Of a stretch of DNA of 64,000 nucleotides, positions 35,701 through 47,925 are shown one piece after another. The notes below the pieces were generated by a model. It saw nothing but the letters and a program-made list of their open reading frames with translations, searched no databases and was not told the origin of the DNA. Position 1 is the stretch's first letter. Each line of letters begins with the position of its first letter. A program made the position numbers and the translations under genes. The DNA is from Vitrella brassicaformis CCMP3155 (taxonomy: Eukaryota; Protista; Chromerida): positions 1-64,000 of the forward strand of contig CDMY01000483.1 in assembly GCA_001179505.1 (NCBI GenBank), read 5' to 3'.

Positions 35701-36932
35701 TCGTTCTCTGGCCCCTCCGATATCTCGTCGAGGCTTCCCATTGAGAGTAGTCCGCTGTCCATTGTCGCGAACGCACTCTTTCGTCGCTGCTGCGAGGACC
35801 GACCTGAGGCGTCAAGTCTCTGCCCGGGGCTGCGGTCCATCGCTGATACGTGATTGGAAAGACGGCGCACCTGTTGGCGAAGCTGCTCATTCTCATTCAG
35901 CAGCTGCGCGCCGATCTTGGCTGCCGTGACGAGCTCTTCATTGGCAGCACCAGAGGCAGAGGCTGCCGACTCTCGGCGGCTTGCGGCTGACTCAGACGTG
36001 AATGACTGCGAGAGGCCGCCGTGCGAAGCCCCGCTACCCTGCCGAGACAGCACACTGGTGATAGCCCTGCGCATGGCATCAAGGTCGCTGTGGCCGCTGG
36101 AATCCACGAAAGGGAAGGCGCCGCCGTGCTGACTGCTGGGGGACACGACCTCACTCGTCCCTGCCCCGATGTCGCTGCCACTCCTTCCCAGACTCAGTCG
36201 AACACCCTTTCGCGGCGAGGGGCTGCCTGCTGTCGAGACGGTGAGGGGCTCTCGCTCAGAGGGGCTGAGGGTCGATGGCCTGCCCTTCAACGCTCGCTCA
36301 GGGAGGAGACCCTCGAGAGTGGGGGGCACCACCTTGGGTGAGCCGACCGTGACGCGCTTGGGCCGAACGGAGTCAGAAGGAGCAGATCCGCTGCTGCCGA
36401 CGGATGGCCTCCTTCCCCCCGCCTGAGACGACAACGACAAGCTGCCTCTCTGTCCGCGGCTGTTTTGCCGCTGTTGCTGTTGCTGTTGAGGTGTCCTCGT
36501 CCTTCGTTGCGATGGTTCGCCGCCGAGCTCCAGTGTCAGCCCGCCCCTGCCATTTCCCCTTCTGTGGGTTGGGCCAAGATCCATGGTTGCCTGTCGTCCG
36601 AGGCTCAGCGTCAGTCTTCCTCTGCCGCTCCGCTCTGCCAGTCCTGCTAGGCTTAGGATAGGCGTTGGGGCGGACGCCTCGGGCGGGTGATCGGGCGACT
36701 CGAGGCTCAGCATGTGGTCAGTGCTCATCCCGGGGAGAGCAGGGGATGCCGCAAACGAAGACGCTCGAAAGAGAGAGCCGGCGCCCCTGCCTCTCCCACG
36801 CCCTCGACTGCTGTTGAATTTGTTGTTGGCCGCAGGGGCCGACGCATCGCGCAAACTCATCATGCTGGCTGTTGTGGTGGTTGCAAAGTTCGCCCGCTGC
36901 CTGAAGTCTTGAAGTCGCGAAAAGGGGGTCAA
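32749..36932 (-). CDS. Large Ser-rich/coiled-coil protein (parent of the 23301 chimera)
   Basis: Long ORFs 35430-36932, 33458-34819 and 32749-33969 joined by GT-AG exons DLRKLSNTMDTEEYKRLQERYEEKE and EIADLKEEHERALDRKRPEVVEAQRK. Heptad-rich. Confidence 0.8.
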
Positions 36933-38649
36933 CTGGGGGGCTGGAGAGAGGGTTTTGCGACAGCTGCTCTGTCACTCGCGATTGCCGTACAAGCACCTAC
37001 AACGGAAGGAAGAGAAGGATGGAGGGCGGAGTGATAGTCGAGATTTCGCGAAAACGGAGACGGCGATCGTTTTCTCCTGCTCACCGGCCATTTTCTCCAG
37101 AGTCTGAAGTCCAGCACCCACCGCCCTTCGCAGGCAACATCGACAGCGGTAAGCTACTTTCTAAGCCGTTTGCAGGCATGTAAGTGTGGAGCGTGTGTGT
37201 TTTTCATCGTCAGGCCTCCCGGCACTGTGCCGGCGCTCCCAGAGAAATGCATCTGAGGCATCAGACCTTCACGCAATCTGACTTCGTCTGCGGCGCCAGC
37301 CATCTTTTGGCCCTCTTGTGTCTTCCTGTTGTCCGTAGGGACGGGGAATCCACGTGTGCGAGATTTTCCGTGATGAGACGGCGAGAGCCCGCAAAGTAAT
37401 TTCCGATTTGAGAGGCAGTTTTTCACAATTTCCGTCCGCGTTCGGCCTTCCAGCCTTCTTTCAGCCACAGATCCTCTGTTTTTCCTCCTGTTAGCCTGGT
37501 GTTCGGCTTGAGTGGTCCGCCTCTTCCCCTCCCACGCCTTGCAATTTGCCCGGACGTAGTCCTTGGAGACAGGTGCGGCCACAGTCACTGATATGATGGA
37601 CGCACGAGAGGCACGAGCTGCTTTCGTCATCGTAGCTCTCGATTCATGCCTCTTGTCTTCCTTGTATCAGAATCACAAGACCAGTCTGTGGAGGGCAGCC
37701 ATGGTGGACCGTCTGGGAGAGGAGCCTACGTAAGGCCAATTCATTCTTCATCTTTTTCTCCAGATTCCAGGATGCCCGGCTTGCATGGCTACAAGAACTC
37801 TACGTCGAGAAGGTGCACCAGCCCACGTTCACTTATTACATGTGCGCATTGTCTGTATGTGCCACGTAAGCAGTTTTTGAAGGAGATGGCCTGCAGCTCT
37901 TCCGAACCGGCCTTCACTTGTGTCGATGGCGCTCTGCAATTGCTTGCCAAGGCGGATGTCTCCCGTCTCCTCTTCCTCCACCGAACGAGGTCTTGGGAGC
38001 GGCCCAGCGTAGCGACAGAGGCAGCTGACATGCTTCAACAGGCAGAGACAAGGAAGACGGCCCAATTGCGGCGTCTTGATGCCGTGGGCAAGAGAGACAT
38101 GGGCAAGAGAGAAGATCGGTGTTCAAGGTGAATTTTCTGTGTCGATTCAAGGCCCGCCAAGCCGGGCTATAAATGCATCCACTTATTCACTCACTCACTG
38201 TCTGTCCTTTTTTGTGCTGGTGGTTCTCTCAGGCAGGCTGCCAAGGACACGGCAGCACACAGGAATCCCAAGAGGAATCCATTGAGCAGGAGGTGAGACA
38301 TACGATTCACATGCCCATTGATGGAGAGGTACAATCGGTTGTCTTCCCTTTTGGTTTCTGCAGAGGGAGGTTGGCGAGGGGGAAATCCGGCTCAGAAGGT
38401 GATTGCCTTTCGTTGTTCCAACCTTTTTCGTTTTTTGCTGTTCCCTCTTCGGTGGCCATGGTGCTGGTCAAGACAACATTACTGATGAAGCTGGGGGCAG
38501 CGAAGGTTGCTGCTCGGGGGGGTGATGCGTCACCATCCCGGCAGCGGCAGTGTGGCTCGTCAACGCGGGCATCAGATGGGGTAAGGAGAGGGTTTGACCA
38601 GGCCTGACGCCGAGAGAGTTCCGCCCACGAATAATAGAGAAGGTGGGAA

Positions 38650-39144
38650 AGAGTGGGTATCCTGGTCAGAACAACCATCGAAGAGCTCAAGGAGGCGGTA
38701 TCGCACCAAATGCATTGGAGTGCGTTGTGTTCTGTTTCAGCGACAGGACGACGTCATCCACCTCCCCGGATACGCATGCCCTCCCGCCCGATGCTCCTGG
38801 CGGTACAACAACCATCGCGAACAGGCTATGGCAGGGAAGGATAGTGGTGAGAAGGCGAAGTTAGAGATCGATTGAGGTGTGTTGGTGTGGTGAGTGACTG
38901 TCTCTGCATGATTCATGTGTGTTTTTTGGACATTCCATCACTCAAGAGCTCAGGAGGCGGTAACGAGAGAGCCACAACAAGAGAGCAGAGAGTCAGGGAG
39001 AGAGGCGAGAGAGATGGGATGGATGTATGGCACATCGGGTAGCCATCCAGGTAGCCCTTGACCAGACTCAACGTCGGCAAGGCCATCCAGGTAGCCCTTG
39101 ACGAGACTCAACGTCGGCAAGGCCATCCAGGTAGCCCTTGACGA
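38650..39144 (+). pseudogene. Relic of a subtilase C-terminus
   Basis: AGACTCAACGTCGGCAAGGCCATCCAGGTAGCCCTT (RLNVGKAIQ + donor) matches 29264-29300. ACAGGACGACGTCAT is shared with ~28890, and TTIEELKEAV is nearby. Confidence 0.45.
39042..39144 (+). repeat. 40-bp tandem repeat (x~2.5)
   Basis: Unit GTAGCCCTTGAC(C/G)AGACTCAACGTCGGCAAGGCCATCCAG at 39051 and 39091, with a partial third at 39131. Confidence 0.95.
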
Positions 39145-39973
39145 AAGTCAAGGATGCATCTGTCGTTGTGTCTCTCTCTCTTCCTGTGGATTCCCTGTGT
39201 ATCAGTGTTTGCTGCCTGGCAATAACATCGTTGCCTACATTTTATATTGGATGGCAATGTACTCGCTGCGCACCTGCTGGACGCCAAAGAAGAGGTAGCG
39301 CGAGGAAGCCAATTGTTCAGCCAGCCAGGCGGAGAGAGCCACGCCTGGCTGGCTGGCTGGCTTGCCGGCGTGTAGGCGTGCGTAGGGGAGGGGATTGGTG
39401 CCTACATTTTATATCGGTTGCTTCATTTTCTGTCTGTCACGTGTGGCTCTGCTGTCTTAAGCTGACTGCGTACATGCTGTGGGTTCCAGTTGGTGGGACA
39501 CATTGCTCATCTTATATCAAGTGGATTCAGTCATTCCCTGATTTCACCGATCGTCAACCACCTCCGCACATCATCATGCAGCGCCGATCGATTCGCCTAT
39601 GTGTGCCACCCGAACTCGAGCAAGGAAGGGGCTCAATAGGAAAGTAGGAAGCTCATCCGTCCGTCCATCCATCCATCCATCCATTGATCACAGGTGCTGC
39701 AGGTGGTGGTACCACCGGGTCTTCTGCGCCACGATGGACTTGTTCATCGACTGCAGACCTGATCAATGACATCAGGAAAACAAACCAGCAAGCGCAGACA
39801 TGTGTGTCCGTGAGGGGTGATGTAGACACCGCCTTCGACCTGAGATGCCCCTGTAGTTATTCTGGTTGGACGTCATGAACTGCCTGGGATCCTTGTTGCC
39901 ACCAAACCTGCATGGTACACGCAACCAACACAAGCAGCTTTCAGCATGGCCCCGTTGTGTGCTGCTCTGTCCC

Positions 39974-40595
39974 TTACACAATCTGCGACCGATTTGGCTT
40001 CGGCGGCACGAATTCATCAGTCTTCAGGCGATTCCTCTGACTCATACAGACAGACAGACAGACAGACACAATGAGAGAGGGGGAGAGACAAAGAGAGAGG
40101 AAGCCGCATCTGCCCACCTCACCATGGCATTGGGATTGTATTTCTCCAGGGGCTTGTTCTTGGCCCCTGCAGACGTCACGGGCTTGGGAGCAAACTTCTC
40201 GTTGTAATCACTGCCAGACACTCAGAGAAAAAGAGAGACAGACAGACTAAGGGGCTCTGCAGGAGAGTGCGGCACACACATTCTCAGCATACGCATTCAC
40301 CTCCTTTTCAGCTCTCTGACGGGCGGCGGGATAAACTTGGGGCATGGATGCGGCGCAGCCATCAAAGTGCCAGCGTGAACCAGAATCTGCACACACACAC
40401 ACAAAGCACACTGCAAAGCTACACCCCCATGGCCAGCAAGCACACTCACACGGCGCTGCTCACCTTGGTGGCACTCTCCCCCGCCCCTTTGCTGAAATCG
40501 AGCATCCCCATCTCCTTTTCAGCCTTGGTTGGCTTACACATCTTCTTGGTGGCAGCCTGCTGCTGCTGCTGCTGCACTTGCGGAGGTCCCGCCAT
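39974..40595 (-). CDS. Small hypothetical 4-exon protein (~125 aa)
   Basis: In-frame splice path MAGPPQVQQQQQQAATKK...ATK / ILVHAG...ELKR / SDYNEKFAPK...YNPNAM / RNRLKTDEFVPPKPNRSQIV*. Confidence 0.6.
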
Positions 40596-40718
40596 GTGGT
40601 CAGCTGTGGTCAGTGGATGAACAGGGGGAGGCAGAGAGGATTCGAAATGGGATGTTGACGATTTTATATGGTTTTGCGCGTGAAAGCTTGCTGATGCTCC
40701 CCCAGGCCCCCAGCTCGC

Positions 40719-42392
40719 ATGCATGCAGACTGGCGACCCATGTGGGGCAGGAGAGGGTCTGAACCAGAGCTTGTCGACAGTGAAGACCTCCCGTACGTCA
40801 TGGCTCTACAGCGGCCCGAGGGTACGCACGGATGGTGCTTGCTTGTCATAAATACCGGTTGCGTCTCTCTGCAATGCCTGAATGGATGTGCGGCAGCTTC
40901 TGAGGAAGCCCCAGGGGCCAGCGCCCCGCCGCTGTCTCCATCCAGCCCCTTTCGTATGGACGAGTCACACTATGCAGAGTCCTTTCGCAACGCTCTGCAG
41001 GAAAAGGCTGAGGCTGACTGGGCGGCCGCGGGGGTCGGTTCCTCCTTTGCAAGGGCGGCTGAGAGACTGCGAGGTGGCCATGGGGCTTCGGTGCATCAAA
41101 GGCCGTGTGGTGTGTAATGTGCCGTTTCTGTTTGCAGGTGTGCGTCGTCTGAATATCGAGAGGAACGTTGACATCTCCGACCTTAAGAACCTCTTCATGT
41201 GGGTGGGCCTGGCATCCACACACCGATATCTGTCTGTCTGTCTGTCTGTCTGTCTGTGACGCATGACTGCAGCTACAAAGTTCGAAGCCACTATGCCGGC
41301 AGTCTCCTCTTCAGCGTCAAGGCGCAACCCGAATGCTGCTCGTACGAGCCCTCGCTCTCTGTGCCACTTCAATCAATCGGCGTGTCGTTTGTGTGTGTCC
41401 GCGCGCCTGCAGTCTAGACTGGCAAGAATACTCTTCGTACTTCTTTCTTGGCGAGGTACATGTACATGCCTCTTCTCCCTGCCAATGCAATAAATACATC
41501 GATGGAGTCGCTCGCTCCGTTGTGTGCGCAGGATGCGACCCATTCGGCGTTTGCGAAGGTGACGCGGCCGCCAACGCGGGGCTGCTGCTGTCTGGGGGGC
41601 GGCGGGTGCGCACATGAGAGGGACGGGAGGGAGGAGCAGACACAGCGAGGGGCAACGGGTGGTGTCTGTCTCTGTCTGTCTCTGTTTTTGGATGGAGTGC
41701 AGGGCGGAGTTCGTTCTCAGCGACTCCGTCACTGGTATGGAAAGGAATGAAGAGGAGGGAGGCACAGAGTGAGATGCCAACAACACAACACACGTGTTAT
41801 GTGCCTCCCTGTGAAGGTTCGCCGATCGGCAGCATTGCCCACCCCTATCAGTGCTGCCACCCAACCCTCACCCTGCAAGACGCTGCGGTGAATGAATGCA
41901 CAAACGAGACACGCAGCACAGCACCACAGAAATCGCGTTTGCTTATCTGTTTATGTGTGTGCAGGGCCAGTACACGCTGTGGCTTCGCTCGCCCTGTTTC
42001 ATGTGCACGTGGAGGAGCCCATGTTGCTGTGAGAAGGTCAACTACAAACTGGAAGATGCCAACACGGGAGACCCTGTCGCACATATCGTCCATGTAAGCA
42101 ACCCCTCGGTCTCGTTATATGTGTGTGTGTGTGGATGTGCGTTGGTAGACTTATGGTCATGGCGGCGATCCGCTCAGCGGGGCGAATATCTTCGCATATA
42201 ACGTGTGAGGATGTGAACGGCGGCTTCATGTGACGTATGTGGTATGCATGATTCACATGCGCAGCGACGTATCGAGCGACGCCATCTCAAGTGATGCCAA
42301 CATGATGGCCACCATCGTCGCAGCAAGTAATTGAAAAAGTGACAATACACCAGTGCACCACCCATTTTCGCAGCCATGCTTTTCTCTCTTTC

Positions 42393-42423
<31 letters not shown>

Positions 42424-42524
42424 TGTGTGTCTCAGCTGTGTTGGTTGACCAGCGGTTCACGTGTAAGGATTCGGCCACGCGCAACACAGAGTGCATGGGG
42501 GCCACGGGATGCATCATTGCCTGA
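40719..42524 (+). CDS. Phospholipid scramblase (PLSCR/tubby-like) family protein
   Basis: RRLNIERNVDISDLKNLFMWVG..YKVRSHYAGSLLFSVKAQPECCS; PIGSIAHPYQCCHPTLTLQ; YTLWLRSPCFMCTWRSPCCCEKVNYKL; C-terminal helix MMATIVAA-VLVDQRF. Confidence 0.7.
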
Positions 42525-42852
42525 CGTGACTGCTGATACATGTATGTGGAAATCGATGGCCACACACACGGGAAGGAGATCGGCCGCGTCACGTGGCTGG
42601 ATGGATGGATGTGGCATCGATGTGACTGTCGACCTGATGTATGTATGTGTCTTTTGTGGGTTCATTAGATGGAGACACACAGAGGGATGGGACCGATGGT
42701 GCTACATACTGACAGACTGATGTCTGTCCATCGTACAGGGAGTGCACACACGCCCACGACATAAATTAAGGGTACCCCACCTTCCATGTGCACACAGACA
42801 TTCACCGGTGCCGCACACACATCCACACCCTCCCCCTCTCTGATTTTGCCAA

Positions 42853-44133
42853 TCAGGGCTCTGTTTTGATGGCGTGTGCCGCGTCAGTGTCGTTTCTCCT
42901 CAGCCGATCGATGGCAGACAGAGCCAAATAGGGATGCAAGGCGGCTGTGCACACACATATGTGGCGCACATACACAGAGAGGGGGGGGAGAGATGAATAG
43001 CCGTGTGCATATGTGTGTGTGTGTGTGTGTGTGATGTGTGTGCGTACCACCAAGGTCGAGGACTCTCTCATCGATGGCGAATTTTGGGTTGTGAACGGTG
43101 ACCGATGTGCACGGCTGACCTGCGACACCCTCGCCGTCACTGCACACCCACACATGCGCAGCAAGGCAGCATTACCAGCCCATATTCGTTCGAGTTTCGT
43201 CTGTGTATCTGCCTGCCCTGCGTGCCGACCCCTGGCCAAGGAGGACAAAAAGTCCGGGCACACTCTCAGCAAAGAAGGCAAAATCCTGACACACACACAC
43301 AGACAAGCACAGCGCAGAACAGCCTTCTTGGTGAATGAACGCTGTGTCGACAGTCACATCGATGCCACATCGATCCATCCATCCATCCATCTCTCTCCCT
43401 CTGTGTGTGCCTCTGTGTGTGTGAAGGCAAGTACCTCTCCGCCCATTGTGGGCGGCACCTCACTGACGGCCAGTGGGAGGTCCATCGCATCGACCGGCAG
43501 GGACCGCTGCGCCTCAGACATCACCTGCACAACACACACACACACACACACACATGCATACACAGACAGACACGTGTGTCTGTCTGTCTGTGCGCATCGA
43601 TGCACACGCACCTGCTTGAACCACTGCCACAGCTGGCCGTCGTTGACGGTCGCCGGGTAAAAGTCCTTCGAGAAACCCACTGTGCACAAAACACACACAC
43701 ACACACATATAGGAATACACACACGTGGACGAGCGGAGGACACACCAGTGACGTTGAGCCGGTGCGCGTTGGCGACAGACTCTGCCATGGTCTGTATCCT
43801 CTCGCGCAGGTCAATGATGGACGCAGACGACAAAGACCGGGTGGTGCCTGAGTGAACACCACATTGCATCTGATGTGGCCATCCTTGCCGTGTCTGTGTG
43901 TGTGTGTGCAGGCTGACCACCTTGTATGACGGCAGTGGAGGGAATCACATTGTAGGCGTTCGACGTGGCCTGCAGGGCCCATCCATCCATCCATCCACAC
44001 AAATGCATCACGTCTTGACTGACCCACCTGGAGCACTGTCACGGAGACCACTTTCGCGTTGAGAGGGTCCTCTTCCCTCGACACAAGCGTCTGCAGTGCC
44101 GTCGCCAGCTGAGCGGCTACACACACATGAACA

Positions 44134-44170
<37 letters not shown>

Positions 44171-44692
44171 CTAAGCGCATATCGATCTCCACTCACGCAG
44201 ACAAACATGTCTGTGTGTACGTGTGTGTGGGCAGCCATGTGATGTGCATCGATCGCACCGGCAGGCACTGGGTCGATGGCGAGGTGGGGCATGGCCGCGT
44301 GGCCGCCGCGGCCATATAAGGTGATGTCGAATCTGTGCCAGAGGTACACACACATACAAACGCACAGGCGAAAAGGCGCTTGTGTACTTGTGGTTTGTGG
44401 GCGTACATGTCAGTTGCGGCCAGCAGAGGGCCGGCGCGGGCCGCCAGAGTGCCCTGAAGACACAGACTCATCACTCATGGTGTGTGTGTGTGCGCGTGTG
44501 TGTCTTGTCAGGAGTGCGTACGCTGCGCTGCATTGGCCAGATATGGAAGCCGACTATCTCCTGCACTGTAGGGTACTGCGTCAACACGCCCTGCACACGC
44601 ACAGACATACACACACGCAACACGCATATCGCCACTTTGTGTACGTGTGTGTGTACCTCTTCCCTCATCATTTTGGCCCCTGCGCCGCCCTC

Positions 44693-44730
<38 letters not shown>

Positions 44731-45691
44731 ATATGGATGCAGTGCAAAGGTGTGCAGGCAGGTGACACCTGCCGGCTGAAAGATCAGGCGAACGGTTCCC
44801 TGGAAGCACAGCACAGACGCATGCAGTTAAGCATCCATCCATCCACCGATGGTCCTGCCGATGTGATGTGTGCATCACACCTGTATGTCCTTCTCTCTCC
44901 GCTTGAGTATCTTGGCGGCGGCCAGGAGCATCGTCGTGTGCCCATCGTGGCCACACGCATGCCTACACACACACACACACACACTTAGCTAAGTCACACG
45001 TGCGTGTGTGTACGAGCATCAAACTCACATGCGCCCATCGTGGGTCGATCTGAAATCTGCAAGCACACACACACACAGAGAAGGCGAGAAGCTGGCCTTG
45101 ACTGTGTGGGACGTATGTGTGTGTGAGATGTGTCTGTGCGCACCGACGGGGGTCTCTTCGTGGATGGGCAGCGCATCAATGTCCGCTGCACACAAACAGA
45201 AGGGCAGACGCTCGTTCATCCTCTGAATGCACACACGACGTCTGTGAGTGCGGACCTCACCTCTCAGCGCCACACATGGCGGCTGTCCCGTGCCCAGATC
45301 AGCAACCACCCCTGAATGACGGACAACGCCGCGCAATCCACGCATCTCACGTCTGTCATTCGCACCTGTTTTGCCCTCTGGCCCGTCATGGACGTTCCTG
45401 CCCCACCCCTCGGTGTAATCAATCCCCATCTGCACACACAGAGAGACCCAGACGCACTCACTTTGTTGATCTGGATTGTCAGCCGACCACCTCTGCGAGA
45501 GTCTTTTTGATGTAGGCAGACGTCTTATGCTCGGCGAACATGAGCTCGGGGATCTGATGCAGGTGCCGCCGCCTGTCGATGGTCCACTCATGGATGCCTT
45601 TCGCCTCGCCAAGCAGATCTGCGAACGGCGGTGATGATCCATGAGTCAGCAAGGCACCGGAAAACAGCACACTGACGCTGGCAGTGAGCAT
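42853..45691 (-). CDS. M20D-family amidohydrolase (ILR1/IAA-amino-acid hydrolase-like), many exons
   Basis: [99 protein letters not shown]. Confidence 0.95.
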
Positions 45692-45821
45692 GGCGACAAA
45701 CGAATCGTTGCGGCACGGACGAGCCGAAAAGTCCAGCTCGCACCGCAAACCGTTTGGAACCAACGGCAGAAAGGCAATCAAAGCGCTGAGCCTCATGTCG
45801 GGCTTGTCCCTGGGGCCGGCC

Positions 45822-46082
45822 ATGACGGGCTGTGAGGCGGCCGACGGGCTGATCCGCCGAGCCCGCAGGTCATTTGACGACATTGTGGCGGCCAAGGAGA
45901 GGGCCCAGGCGGACGTGGAGGCCATCGCCAATGAGATGTCCACCATGGTGGCGGCCAAAGGGGGCGTGTGGCAGCTCCCATACACTCAGGGAGAGATCAT
46001 GGTCAATGCCGGTAAAGACGGGACGGAACAGACAGGCAGAAATGGGCATGTGTGTGTGGTGCGACTGTCCGTCACTTTCTCC

Positions 46083-46113
<31 letters not shown>

Positions 46114-47925
46114 TGTCTGACCAGGCGGTGTGGTCTTCCCAGTGAGTCGGCGCGCCCTGTTGATGCCCTTCATGAAGCACCGCTACATCTCGGTCCTCCT
46201 GATGCACCACGCGGGCGGCCTGCCCAAGGACCCCGACGGCCACCTCTACCTCGAGACGTCATCGGCATACTTCGAGGCCTTCTGGGACGAGCTGATGCTC
46301 TACCAGACTGGCCGCACCGACATCGTCACCCTGCCGGCATCCAAGGCATCAGATCCGCTCTACAATGACTACCACGCCCTCTTCATGAGTGAGATCAGCT
46401 GCTACTCGGCCTCCCAGCCGCCCGCAGCCACGGCCGCGCCGATGGAGGTCGACGGCCACACACCCGACACACAGCCGGCCGACACACTAGATGAGATGCG
46501 GCAGCACATCCATGAGTGTGAGGAGGCCCTCCACGCCCATGGGGCGGCCATGGTGGGGCTGCGGGCGGTGCGGGATGACATCCGGCGGTTCCTGACGGCC
46601 ATGGAGCCCTTCTTCGCCAGCCGAGACGCCGACGACAATGCCGTTTTGAGCCTGACCATCCACAGCCGCACTGTGTCGATCATGCGGAAGACACTTGAGC
46701 GGCTCGGCCACAACCACCCCCTGCTGACACGCTTCTCGACGTATGAATGACACACAGACACAGAGAGAGGGGAACGAGGGGATGATGCGCATTGGTGTTG
46801 GTGTCTGTGCTGGTGGTGGTCAGGACGCCCCCGTGTTGGGCCGACCGTTCTGTGCGGCAGACGCCCACCAAGTGCTTCATGGCCGCCGTCGAGTTTGCGC
46901 GCCGCATCGCCATGGCGGCCGCCGGGCGGCTCATCCGCCCGCCACTCGTCGAGGAGGCCGACAACCGTCACTTTGTCGAGGACATCGTAAGTGAGACACA
47001 CAGAGAGGGAGGGCGGCACACGCAGGAAGGAGCAGCTGTGTTGGTATGTGTATGTGTGTGTGTGTGTCAGGAGATGTATGCGTTGAAGTACGAGCCCCTC
47101 TGCAATGGCGTGACGAGTGGCGACTTCGTCATCGAGACGGCCGAGGAGTGGGGCAAAGTCATCGAGATGACCGGCAAACACTCACCCTCAGTAACACTCA
47201 TCTAAAAGTGAGCCAGCTACGGCGGGAGGGAAAAAGACACTCAGAGATCGTTGCGGTGCGTGTTGATGTCAGGTCGAGTCGTGACACATTTGAGTATCCG
47301 TCCTTCCTCAACAAGGTGGTGGGCAAGAGCGGCCTCCTCTTCGCCCTTCAAGACGGCGACACTCACCGATTCGGGGCTTTCATTGACGGCCCACTCACCC
47401 CGCCAGCCAACCCCACACAGATCAACTGCGACAAGGTGCCTGTCTTCTTCTTTTCGCTGTCGGGTGCGTACGAGACGCCCACCAAGATCGAACTGCCAGA
47501 GAACGAGCAGCAGGTGGACGTGGCCGGCACAGAGGGGGTGGAGAAAAACATGGACGAGCGCACTGCCAAGGTGGGCATCGGTGGCGGTGCAGCAGCTCTC
47601 TGGCTGACAATCGCCTTGCCTGGCCCGGCGGCGGACCTCAGCAGCTGCGAGCTGTGGATCAAGAGGGACAAGCTGCCGGACGGCTACATTGACGACAGCG
47701 ATTTTGATGACGAGGAGGAGAATGGCCCGATGGATGAGGAGGGCGACGGCACGCTGGCCCACGCAGAAGACTTCACGTGCACTGAGCTGGAGGTGTGGCA
47801 CGTCACAGAGGTCAGCGAGAGGCAGCGAGGGCAACAAGCAGAGAGAGATCGGAAAACTGCATTTGATTCCTGTATCCATGTGATGCGTATGTCGCTGTGT
47901 GTGTGTGCAGGAGGTCAACGCCTGA
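45822..47925 (+). CDS. BTB/POZ (KCTD-like) x2 + TLDc protein, paralog 1
   Basis: GEIMVNAG..FMKHRYISVLLMHHAGGLPKDPDGHLYLETSSAYF (BTB); second BTB-like LSLTIHSRTVSIMRKTL; TLDc SSRDTFEYPSFLNKVVGKSGLLF..HRFGAFI..FFFSLSG..FTCTELEVW. Confidence 0.85.

Noticed and set aside
39318-39355. 14-bp perfect stem CAGCCAGCCAGGCG/CGCCTGGCTGGCTG as a standalone ncRNA or element end
   Set aside because: Mostly built from the common (GGCT)n microsatellite, with no CTRR after it. Kept only as context for the dispersed motif.
45793-45797. Overlapping divergent start codons in CATG (MRLSAL... minus / MSGLSL... plus)
   Set aside because: This leaves no promoter space. The downstream ATGs at 45691 and 45822 fit the signal peptide and the paralog N-termini better.
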